Shown here: one piece after another, positions 38,278 to 51,700 of the stretch
How positions within the stretch are numbered: the first letter of the stretch is position 1
Layout of the letters: every line of letters begins with the position of its first letter
Source of the DNA: Nemertoderma westbladi
Taxonomy: Eukaryota; Animalia; Xenacoelomorpha
Length of the DNA stretch: 64,000 nucleotides
NCBI GenBank assembly: GCA_032718475.1
Contig: JAUCBJ010007122.1
Span: 1-64,000, forward strand
Direction: 5' to 3'
Position numbers and translations under genes: made by a program
The notes under the pieces: generated by a model
What the model was told of the DNA's origin: nothing
What the model saw: the letters and a program-made list of their open reading frames with translations, nothing else
Database searches by the model: none

Positions 38278-38704
38278 GGCAGATTTTACTTACGGTGTTA
38301 GTAAATATTCACGGAAAGATGAAGTTTGGAAGTTCGTTGGCGACGAAGAAGTTGGTTGATGTGGACGACGAGAGAATTTATTTACCGATAGAACGGAATG
38401 GTATCGGAAAAATATTACGCGGTTCACGGTTGTATGATGGATTCGCGGAAAGTTTGTTGTCGACAATGAGCGATAATGCGGCGAAATGACAGACACCGGC
38501 AGATTTTACTTACGGTGGCAGTTAATATTCACGGAAAGATGAAGTTTGGAAGTTCGTTGGCAACGAAGAAGTTGGTTGACGTGGACGACGAGAGAGTTTA
38601 TTTACCGATAGAATGGAATGGCATCGGAAAAATATTACGCGGTTGTATGACGGATACGTGGAAAGTTCGGTGTCGACGATGAGTGATAACGCGGCGAAAT
38701 GACA
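38278..38704 (+). repeat. Tandem duplication (220-bp period) of a coding-like segment
   Basis: GGCAGATTTTACTTACGGTG at 38278 and 38498. Both copies encode ..KMKFGSSLATKKLVDVDDER(I/V)YLPIE.. Confidence 0.92.
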
Positions 38705-39641
38705 ATAATACAACTGTACAACTGGATTGTTGACTGATGATAATAAATAAATATTCTTAATAAGTAATAATAAACTCGAAAACAAAATAAAGGTAAATGA
38801 TGTTAATCGTAACTTGCAAATGAAATAATGATGTAATATATTGGTGGGGACTTATTAAATAGCAATTCGGTTATTAAGGGAGGCCCTTGTCTCTTAAATG
38901 AGCCAATCAGGGCGCAGCACCAATCGGATGGCTCGCTAATTGTGTGTTCATGCATAAGCGGTTACCAGGGCAACTTCTCATGATGATGAATCTATATTAG
39001 AAAACCCTGTAGGCATCTTGACTGTATAACAGAAGCAGGTCTGTTGCATAGGAATGGGATTAGTAGAGAGGAATGCGTGTTTAGAGGCGCTTCAATGTTA
39101 TGATACGGGCTGCCTGGATATAGTAAAGGACCCAAGTGATGCCGGCTATAGTGAGAACAAAGGAGGGCCGCTGGAACATTAGCCTTGGGCGATATACGGA
39201 TTTGGTGAAGTCAAGGTCGCGTTGGGATTATTAGTGAGTCATCAAAGGGGCTGCTAACAGATGGGACCGCTCATTTATATTTGCCTTGGGGGTATATGCG
39301 TAGATTCAATGTGTGTCGTATCTACTTAATGAATAGCGACGGCGAGGAGGGGCCCCCACCGATGAACGTAGTTGATAGTTGCCAGTAGGGAGCCGTATAC
39401 CATAGCCATTATAAAGTTAAATATAGACATTATGTCATAGTGATCTCATTGGTAATATAAAAACTAATTAATCTAAAAATAGAAATCAATGTATAAAGTA
39501 AAAGTAATACAATTAATTAATTTAAAATAAAGTACAAATGAATAAATAAAGTAAAATAGAATACAAATAATTAATTAAAATTAAATATAAATAAATAGGT
39601 ATTAATGAATAAAAGAGCTGCGGTGTCACTTATGAAACCCT

Positions 39642-39936
39642 CTTGAGTCGGCTCTGCGACAGTTAGACAACACTGATGACCCATTGTGTGTCAGGGCACT
39701 AATCAGTCTGATTAATTAGGATAATCAATTAAACCCTAATTAGGAGTCACATGACACCTGTTAGGGTTTAATTGTACTAATTAATTGATGACACCTGTCA
39801 ATTAGGGTCTAATTAGCCTAATTGGGAGGTGTCACCCAGACAGTCTGGTGCCAATGACACCCATAGGGTGATAATTGGGTGTCATATGACACGCAATGGG
39901 TGTCAGTGAGGTCTAACTGTCACAGAGCCGGCCAAG
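39642..39936. mobile_element. MITE, ~50-bp imperfect TIRs, 5-bp TSD
   Basis: CTTGAGTCGGCTCTGCGACAGTTAGAC.. vs ..GTCTAACTGTCACAGAGCCGGCCAAG. ACCCT at 39637-39641 and 39937-39941. Confidence 0.78.
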
Positions 39937-39946
39937 ACCCTACTAC

Positions 39947-42900
39947 TTCCATAATGTCCACTATCTCCACTATGTCCAATAACTCCATAAGGTCCACTAT
40001 CCCCACTATGTCCAGTAACTCCATAATGTCCACTATCCCCACTATGTCCAGTAACTATGGGAAATAAATCTCAATGATTTAATTATTTGCGGTGACTTGA
40101 ATCTGCCTAGTGTGCATTGGGACTCATTTTTTTCTAGGGATCCATATGAAAGTGCATTTTTAAATATTTTTGATGAATTTAATTTTAAACAATACGTTAC
40201 ATTCCCCACGAGAGGTTCAAATACGCTAGACATATTGCTTTCGAACTCTAATAACCTAATTGTGGATGTAAATTCATTTTTCGAAGGCTATAATCATTTG
40301 AAAACTAATTGTAAATCCGACCACCATCCAGTACAAGTCATACTAAATGCAGCACCAAAACGTGTTCCAACCATTAACTCAACTAATCGTCATAGTTTCT
40401 GTAAACTTGATGTGGGTGTTGCCACAACCATCTGCACAAAGAACCCCTTCAGCGTAACGGTTGGACCCCATACAATAGAAGACCTAGATAATTTACTCAC
40501 AAGATGGTACGAATGGATTGGAAAAATAATTGAAGCTAGCGTACCAAGACGAACTCTCAATCGCTCAATCTTACCACCATGGGTTACCCAACACACCTCA
40601 CACAAATTACACAAACTGGAAACATTGAAACGCAGAGTTAACAAATACCCCGAACACAAAAAGCCACCACCATCTCTATTGAATAAACTACGAAATATGG
40701 AACACGAAATAAATACGGATCTAGAAACTGACCAGGCTCAACATGAATGCAAACTAGCCAGTAGTCGCTCTATGCAACAACTCTATAAATACTTCAAATC
40801 TTTACGAAACACCAGTGCAATACCACCTCTTGTAACTTATAATGGGTATACCGCATGTACACCGGCAGAACAAGCTGACCTTTTTTCCGAATTCTTCCAC
40901 TCAGTTTACAAAAAGCCAGCAATAAAAACAGCAGCAATTACTCCTCCAACATTATCCCCCACTGAGGATCCCTACCACGATAATTTTATTGACGACTACG
41001 ATGTGTCTGTATCCACTGTACAACTACTCCTAACATCACTAAATGTTACCAAAGCCAGAGGCCCCGATAACTTACCACCACGTTTCCTCCAACAATTAAG
41101 CGTACAACTAGCACCATCTTTAGCTGCATTATTTTTGGTGTTTAAAGACAACTGTTACTTTCCACGAGAATGGAAACATGCATCAATATCCCCACGACAT
41201 AAGAAGGGCAATAGAACTCCAGTACCGCTTTACCGTCCAATATCTCTACTTGCCATCCCCTCGAAAATTCTAGAACGATGTATCTACATGCCAATTTACA
41301 GCCATCTTCATCCACTTTATCATCGCGCTCAGTATGGTTTTAGAAAAGGCCGCTCACCTGTTCTTCAACTGCTTGTGGTTTTAGATAAAATATATCACGC
41401 TATAGAAAATAATGATTCAACAATAGAAATAATTTATCTAGACTTTCAAAAGGCTTTTGACTCAATATCTCATAGTTCGGTGCTACTAAAGTTATGGAAA
41501 TTAGGAATTCGGGGAAAACTATGGGAAATGATACGTAGCTATCTATCAGATAGAACTCAATCAGTGAAAGTTGTGGATGCAGTGTCAAAAACTAAAGATG
41601 TTGACAGCGGGACTCCGCAAGGAAGTATTCTAGCAACATTGTTATTCTTAGTAGAATCGAATGACCTACCGAACATTTGCACACAAACAGACCCTTATCT
41701 ACTCGCTGACGATTGCAAACTTGTTTCCATATATCCGACAACCAATCCCCCACAAATACAAGACGATTTAAATAAATTATCAGTCTGGGGTCAAAGTAAC
41801 GGTCTTGAATTTAATATCAGCAAATGTAAACAACTTATTTTTCAAGGGCAGTCCAACGTAAAATTTATTAATAGCCATCCGATAGAACGAACCACCTCAG
41901 AAAAAGATCTGGGAGTCACCTTCTCATCGAATATTACCTGGACCGCACACGTAACTGAAAAATGCAGTAAAGGAAACATGGCCTTCCAACTAATAAAACG
42001 TAACTGTGCATCAAATCTTACCGCTCTATCGAAATTAAATATGTACAAATCTATGATTCTACCGATAATAACCTATGCATCACCATGTTGGTCTCCAAAT
42101 AAACACGACCTATCACGTATAGAGAGTCTACAACGACGTGCCACTATCTGGATACTACGAGATAATGAATCGACCTACACAGATCGGCTCAAATCACTTA
42201 ACATACTCCCCCTTTCTCTCTACCTACAACTCCTAGATTTGATGACGCTGTCGAAGATTATCGCTGGAAAATGCGATATCAACTGGGAAGAACACCTCAA
42301 ACTAAGCAGACCATCAAACCAAAATACTCGTTCAAATGATCGGATCTTATTTAATGTTGTGCGGCCGAAGAAATGCAAGTCAGAACAAAACTTTTGGTTC
42401 CGAGTACCTTACATTGCAAATGTATTACCTAATCGAATCAATTTCACAAACCATGTAGGGCTTAAATCTCGTCTGATCGATTTATTTTGGAGGTACTTCA
42501 TTAAACACTACTCAATTGATATTCCCTGTAGCTGGTCGGTGTGCTGCAGCTGCGTCTTGATGAACTGTAGAAATAATAACTCTCGTCTCGATGATTTATA
42601 CCCATAGATAACGACTTATATTCTATAATGCTTTATTTAATTAATACAAATTTTATTACATTTCACATCCACTCTGACCCTTTTAATACGTATTTACTGC
42701 ATCTCATTTTAAATTTAATATGCATATATTTTATCTCATTTCTACGAAATCAGAGACCGACCCTTTTATTACGTATTTACTGCATCTCATTTTAAATTTA
42801 TACGCATATATTTAATCTCATTTTTACGACATCAGAGACCGACCCTTTTATTAATACGTATATATATATTTCATCTTATTTTAATACAAATATTTCTATC

Positions 42901-44680
42901 TAATTTCATATAACATCCTGTCTTCTGACCCTTTTAACTTCTTCGTTTAATCTCATAATTAGCACGGCCTTTTTAGACCAATTACATACAGTAATAATTT
43001 TAACTCGATGTATTTTAATGTACCTTAAATAATTATTAACTCATATTTTAAACTAAGTAATGTATGAAATGTATGTAATGTATCTTTTATGGGGGAAACC
43101 CCATCACCATATAATACTATAGTTAAATTGTCTATGCAGTCTTTGTTCAGTTCTAAGTTATGGTGTAAATTTATATTAATAATAATAATAATAATAATAA
43201 CTCCATAATGTCCACTATCCCCACTATGTCCAATAACTCCATAAGGTCCACTATCCCCACTATGTCCAGTAACTCCATAAGGTCCACTATCCCCACTATG
43301 TCCAGTACCTTCATAAGGTCCAATATCCACACTATGTCCAGTAACTCCATAATGTCCACTGTCCCCACTATGTCCAATAACTCCATAAGGTCCACTATCC
43401 CCACTATGTCCAGTAACTCCATAGGGTCCACTATCCCCATAATGTCCATTATCCCCACTACCGCCAATATGTCCAGTAACCCCATAATGTCCACTATCCC
43501 CACTACCGCCAATATGTCCAGTAACTCCATAATGTCCACTATCCCCACTAACTCCACTATGTCCAGTAACTCCATAATGTCCACTATCCCCACTATGTCC
43601 AGTAACTCCATAATGTCTACAAACACCACTATGTCCAGTAACTCCATAATGTCCACTATCCCCACTATGTCCAGTAACTCCATAAGGTTCACCATCCCCA
43701 CTATGTCCAGTAACCCCATAATGTCCACTATCCCACTACCTCCACTATGTCCAGTAACCCCATAAGGTCCACTATCCCCACTAACTACACTCTGTCCAGT
43801 AACTCCATAATGTCTACTATCCCCACTATGTCTAGTAACTCCATAATGTCTACAAACACCACTATGTCCAATAACTCCATAAGGTCCACTATCCCCACTA
43901 TGTCCAGTAACTCCATAGGGTCCACTATCCCCATAATGTCCATTATCCCCACTACCGCCAATATGTCCAGTAACCCCATAATGTCCACTATCCCCACTAC
44001 CGCCAATATGTCCAGTAACTCCATAATGTCCACTATCCCCACTAACTCCACTATGTCCAGTAACTCCATAATGTCCACTATCCCCACTATGTCCAGTAAC
44101 TCCATAATGTCTACAAACACCACTATGTCCAGTAACTCCATAATGTCCACTATCCCCACTATGTCCAGTAACTCCATAATGTCTACAAACACCACTATGT
44201 CCAGTAACTCCATAATGTCCACTATCCCCACTATGTCCAGTAACTCCATAATGTCTACAAACACCACTATGTCCAGTAACTCCATAATGTCCACTATCCC
44301 CACTATGTCCAGTAACTCCATAAGGTTCACCATCCCCACTATGTCCAGTAACCCCATAATGTCCACTATCCCACTACCTCCACTATGTCCAGTAACCCCA
44401 TAAGGTCCACTATCCCCACTAACTACACTCTGTCCAGTAACTCCATAATGTCTACTATCCCCACTATGTCTAGTAACTCCATAATGTCTACTATCCACAC
44501 TATGTCTAGTAACTCCATAATGTCCACTATCCCACTACCTCCACTATGTCCAGTAACCCCATAAGGTCCACTATCCCCACTAACTACACTCTGTCCAGTA
44601 ACTCCATAATGTCTACTATCCCCACTATGTCTAGTAACTCCATAATGTCCACTATCCCCACTATGTCCAGTAAATCCATA
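39947..44680. repeat. 36-bp minisatellite (two related 18-mers), split by a LINE at 40057-43199
   Basis: CCCACTATGTCCAGTAACTCCATAATGTCCACTATC repeated at 39947-40056 and 43200-44680. Confidence 0.95.
40057..43199 (+). mobile_element. 5'-truncated CR1-group LINE with open APE(C-half)-RT frame 40097-42607
   Basis: CGDLNLP, TLDILL, SDHHPV, KARGPD, YRPISLL, DFQKAFDS, PQGSIL, LADD, KDLG, and C-terminal CCSC..CR. ~82-bp repeats in the 3' UTR (42677-42935) and a (TAA)n tail. Confidence 0.9.
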
Positions 44681-45302
44681 ATAATAATAATTTATTCATA
44701 ATCTAATCATAATAATTTTCGGTTATTTAGCGCCATTGACTCCGGTTATCATACACTGCACACTAGTAACCTAATCCTTGCAACTTTTTGGAAATAATAA
44801 TTAATCAATTTGATTATATACCATGACATTATTACGATGTGAAACTATACTCACTCACAAGCCGTGGCATTATTGCCACGGCTATCTACTATTCTATTAA
44901 TTATTAATGGGACACAGTTGTGTAGTAACAGGAATGTTCGGAAGCAATATAGATTATTGCTGCTTTATGGGAGAGAATAACAAAGTTGGCACGATGCAAG
45001 CTGCTACTATCTCAGAGCGCTAATATATAACTTATATTGAAATGAATTACTGAATGCAATCAATATATGGGGCGAGCCTCGTAATAAACCAAGTCTGCTT
45101 GTTGGTATAATAAATTAGTCTGTGGCTATTTCAGTCGGAGTTTCGTCTGTCAGTAGGTTTTTTGTCCGCTTCTGGTTTGTTCAAAATAGTGATTTAAGCT
45201 GCTGTTGAGCCATGAGGTTTTGACAAGCAAATAATGAAACATCGTAAAACTAAAACGTATTTCAGCAAAATAACAATGATAATTCAAATAGTTAATCAGC
45301 AA

Positions 45303-45389
45303 AATAATAGCCTCACTACAAAGCAACATAAACAAACCCAATATAATAGCCTCACTACAAAGCAACATAAACAAACCCAATATAATAGG
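45303..45389. repeat. 39-bp tandem duplication
   Basis: ATAATAGCCTCACTACAAAGCAACATAAACAAACCCAAT x2. Confidence 0.9.
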
Positions 45390-45790
45390 ATATTATTATA
45401 TTCAATCAATATAGGCAGCGATAATAACTATATGTTACAAAACTTAGGAAATTCAATGCTAAATTATTGTATTCAAAAATATTAATGCCAAATAATATAT
45501 AAATAATTAATATAGAAGACTGTTTACACTGTTTATTTTATGGAGGTAAATATTTGATAGTTTTCTGGAGGTAAATATGCGTCTCCGTCTATATTACCCT
45601 TCGTTGAATATAACTAAACTATAGTGTATATCGTTACTTTAAAAATAATATTGAAATAAATTTCTCACTAAATACCACATTGTAAACATATGATACACAA
45701 CTAATGTATTAATCAAACACCGATGTATATATATTTAATGTACCGGTAACCTACATATATACCGTCTGATGTCGTTAAATAGTGAAATCG

Positions 45791-48700
45791 TGTAAAGTAA
45801 CTTACACACTAATCACTATAAAGTAACTTACACACTAATATATATCATTGTAAAGTAACTTACACACTAATATATATCATTGTAAAGTAACTTACACACT
45901 AATTACTATAAAGTAACTTACACACTAATATATATCATTGTAAAGTAACTTACACACTAATCACTATAAAGTAACTTACACACTAATATATATCATTGTA
46001 AAGTAACTTACACACTAATCAATATAAAGTAACTTACACACTAATATATATCATTGTAAAGTAACTTACACACTAATATATATCACTATAAAGTAACTTA
46101 CACACTAATATATATCATTGTAAAGTAACTTACACACTAATCACTATAAAGTAACTTACACACTAATATATATCATTGTAAAGTAACTTACACACTAATA
46201 TATATCATTGTAAAGTAACTTACACACTAATATATATCACTATAAAGTAACTTACACACTAATATATATCATTGTAAAGTAACTTACACACTAATATATA
46301 TCACTATAAAGTAACTTACACACTAATATATATCATTGTAAAGTAACTTACACACTAATCACTATAAAGTAACTTACACACTAATATATATCATTGTAAA
46401 GTAACTTACACACTAATATATATCACTATAAAGTAACTTACACACTAATATATATCATTGTAAAGTAACTTACACACTAATATATATCATTGTGAAGTAA
46501 CTTACACACTCATATATATGACTGTAAAGTAACTTACACACTAATATATATCATTGTAAAGAAACTTATACACTAATATATATCATTGTAAAGTAACTTA
46601 CACACTCATATATATGACTGTAAAGTAACTTACACACTAATATATATCATTGTAAAGTAACTTACACACTCATATATATGACTGTAAAGTAACTTACACA
46701 CTAATATATATCATTGTAAAGAAACTTATACACTAATATATATCATTGTAAAGTAACTTACACACTCATATATATGACTGTAAAGTAACTTACACACTAA
46801 TATATATCATTGTAAAGAAACTTACACACTCATATATATGACTGTAAAGTAACTTACACACTCATATATATGACTGTAAAGTAACTTACACACTAATATA
46901 TATCATTGTAAAGAAACTTATACACTAATATATATCATTGTAAAGAAACTTACACACTCATATATATGACTGTAAAGTAACTTACACACTAATATATACC
47001 ATTGTAAAGTAACTTATACACTAATATATATCATTGTAAAGTAACTTACACACTCATATATATGACTGTAAAGTAACTTACACACTAATATATATCATTG
47101 TAAAGAAACTTATACACTAATATATATCATTGTAAAGAAACTTACACACTCATATATATGACTGTAAAGTAACTTACACACTAATATATACCATTGTAAA
47201 GTAACTTATACACTAATATATATCATTGTAAAGTAACTTACACACTCATATATATGACTGTAAGGTAACTTACACACTAATATATATCATTGTAAAGTAA
47301 CTTACACACTAATATATATCATGGTAAAGTAACTTACACACTAATATATATCATTGTAAAGTAACTTACACACTAATATATATCATGGTAAAGTAACTTA
47401 CACACTAATATATATCATTGTAAAGTAACTAACACACTAATATATATCACTGTAAAGAAACTAACACACTAATATATATCATTGTAAAGAAACTTACAGA
47501 CTAATATATATCACTGTAAAGTAACTTACACACTAATATATATCATTGTAAAGTAACTAACACACTAATATATATCATTGTAAATCAACTTACACACTAA
47601 TATATATCATTGTGAAGTAACTTACACACGATTGTAAAGTAACTTACACACTAATATATATCACTATAAAGTAACTTACACACTAATATATATCATTGTA
47701 AAGTAACTTACACACTAATATATATAATTGTAAAGTAACTTACACACGAATATATATCATTGTAAAGTAACTTACACACTAATATTATATCACTGTAAAG
47801 TAACTTACACACTAATATATATCATTGTAAAGAAACTTATACACTAATATATATCATTGTAAAGAAACTTACACACTCATATATATGACTGTAAAGTAAC
47901 TTACACACTAATATATACCATTGTAAAGTAACTTATACACTAATATATATCATTGTAAAGTAACTTACACACTCATATATATGACTGTAAGGTAACTTAC
48001 ACACTAATATATATCATTGTAAAGTAACTTACACACTAATATATATCATGGTAAAGTAACTTACACACTAATATATATCATTGTAAAGTAACTAACACAC
48101 TAATATATATCACTGTAAAGAAACTAACACACTAATATATATCATTGTAAAGAAACTTACAGACTAATATATATCACTGTAAAGTAGCTTACACACTAAT
48201 ATATATCATTGTAAAGTAACTTACACACTAATATATATCATTGTGAAGTAACTTACACACGATTGTAAAGTAACTTACACACTAATATATATCACTATAA
48301 AGTAACTTACACACTAATATATATCATTGTAAAGTAACTTACACACTAATCACTATAAAGTAACTTACACACTAATATATATCATTGTAAAGTAACTTAC
48401 ACACTAATATATATCACTATAAAGTAACTTACACACTAATATATATCATTGAAAAGTAACTTACACACTCATATATATGATAGTAAAGTAACTTATACAC
48501 TAATATATATCATTGTAAAGTAACTTACACACTAATATATATCACTGTAAAGTAACTTACACACTAATATATAGCATTGTAAAGTAACTTACACACTAAT
48601 ATATATAATTGTAAAGTAACTTACACACAAATATAGATCATTGTAAAGTAACTTACACACTAATATTATATCACTGTAAAGTAACTTACACACTAATATA

Positions 48701-51700
48701 TATCACTATAAAGTAACTTACACACTAATATATATCATTGTAAAGTAACTTACACACTAATCACTATAAAGTAACTTACACACTAATATATATCATTGTA
48801 AAGTAACTTACACACTAATATATATCACTATAAAGTAACTTACACACTAATATATATCATTGTAAAGTAACTTACACACTAATATATATCATTGTAAAGT
48901 AACTTATACAATGATATATATCATTGTAAAGTAACTTACACACTCATATATATGACTGTAAAGTAACTTACACACTAATATATATCATTGTAAAGTTACT
49001 TACATACTAATATATATCATTGTAAAGTAACTTACACACTAATATATATCATTGTAAAGTAACTTACACACTAATATATATCATTGTAAAGTAACTTACA
49101 CACTAATATATATCATGGTAAAGTAACTTACACACTAATATATATCATTGTAAAGTAACTTACACACTAATATATATCATTGTAAATTAACTTACACACT
49201 AATATATATCATTGTAAAGTAACTTACACACTAATATATATCATTGTAAAGTAACTTACACACTAATATATATCATGGTAAAGTAACTTACACACTAATA
49301 TATATCATGGTAAAGTAACTTACACACTAATATATATCATTGTAAAGTAACTTACACACTAATATATATCATTGTAAAGTAACTTACACACTAATATATA
49401 TCATTGTAAAGTAACTTACACACTAATATATATCACTATAAAGTAACTTACACACTAATATATATCATTGTAAAGTAACTAACACACTCATAATATCTTT
49501 GTAAAGTAACTTACACACTAATATATATCATTGTAAAGTATCTAACACACTAATATATATCACTGTAAAGAAACTAACACACTAATATATATCATTGTAA
49601 AGAAACTTACAGACTAATATATATCACTGTAAAGTAACTTACACACTAATATATATCATTGTAAAGTAACTTACACACTAATATATATCATTGTGAAGTA
49701 ACTTACACACGATTGTAAAGTAACTTACACACTAATATATATCACTATAAAGTAACTTACACACTAATATATATCATTGTAAAGTAACTTACACACTAAT
49801 CACTATAAAGTAACTTACACACTAATATATATCATTGTAAAGTAACTTACACACTAATATATATCACTATAAAGTAACTTACACACTAATATATATCATT
49901 GAAAAGTAACTTACACACTCATATATATGATAGTAAAGTAACTTATACACTAATATATATCATTGTAAAGTAACTTACACACTAATATATATCACTGTAC
50001 AGTAACTTACACACTAATATATATCATTGTAAAGTAACTTACACACTAATATATATAATTGTAAAGTAACTTACACACAAATATATATCATTGTAAAGTA
50101 ACTTACACACTAATATTATATCACTGTAAAGTAACTTACACACTAATATATATCACTATAAAGTAACTTACACACTAATATATATCATTGTAAAGTAACT
50201 TACACACTAATCACTATAAAGTAACTTACACACTAATATATATCATTGTAAAGTAACTTACACACTAATATATATCACTATAAAGTAACTTACACACTAA
50301 TATATATCATTGTAAAGTAACTTACACACTAATATATATCATTGTAAAGTAACTTATACAATGATATATATCATTGTAAAGTAACTTACACACTCATATA
50401 TATGACTGTAAAGTAACTTACACACTAATATATATCATTGTAAAGTTACTTACATACTAATATATATCATTGTAAAGTAACTTACACACTCATATATATG
50501 ATTGTAAAGTAACTTATACACTAATATATATCATTGTAAAGTAACTTACACACTAATATATATCATTGTAAAGTAACTTACACACTAATATATATCATTG
50601 TAAAGTTACTTACATACTAATATATATCATTGTAAAGTAACTTACACACTAATATATATCATTGTAAAGTAACTTACACACTAATATATATCATTGTAAA
50701 TTAACTTACACACTAATATATATCATTGTAAAGTAACTTACACACTAATATATATCATTGTAAAGTAACTTACACACTAATATATATCATTGTAAAGTAA
50801 CTTACACACTAATATATATCACTATAAAGTAACTTACACACTAATATATATCATTGTAAAGTAACTAACACACTAATATATATCATTGTAAAGTATCTAA
50901 CACACTAATATATATCACTGTAAAGAAACTAACACACTAATATATATCATTGTAAAGAAACTTACACACTAATATATATCATTGTAAAGAAACTTACAGA
51001 CTAATATATATCATGGTAAAGTAACTTACACACTAATATATATCATTGTAAAGTAACTTACACACTAATATATATCATTGTAAAGTAACTTACACACTAA
51101 TATATATCATTGTAAAGTAAAAGTGATTGAAGTCCCAGTGGGGTATCTCAGTCTTAATATGAATATTATGATAATAGCGAATGAAAAATTCTCATTAAAG
51201 AAAGTCTATATATCAAGCATGAGAAACCTACTCTTAATATCCAAGGGACGTCCTTTCCTTTACACCTGTTCCAGTAAATTATCTTTCCGCAACCCATCCC
51301 CATCCTTGCCCCCCCCCCCCCCCCCGACCGAGCACTTATGTACCTACCTACACTAAACATTAATTCTAAATATTGTTTTTTTCACTATCTTACGTGCACC
51401 TACAATACGTTTTGTTTTGATTCACCTATTTGTTTTTATATACTGTAGTTAGGTAACCCCAATAATTATGTATCTATATGTTTTTACGTTTACCCATATA
51501 CATACCTATAATCAATTCTGCTATAATAACTACTGCCTAATATATATATCTATATATATCATTGCTACTGATATATATCACCTACTATATATCACCCACC
51601 TATATATCACCTACTATATATATCATTGTAAAGTAACTTACACATACACACTAATATATATCATTGTAAAGTAACTTGCACACTAATATATATCATTGTA

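Noticed and set aside
39720-39830. TTAGGG motifs as telomeric repeat
   Set aside because: Isolated and non-tandem, part of the MITE interior.
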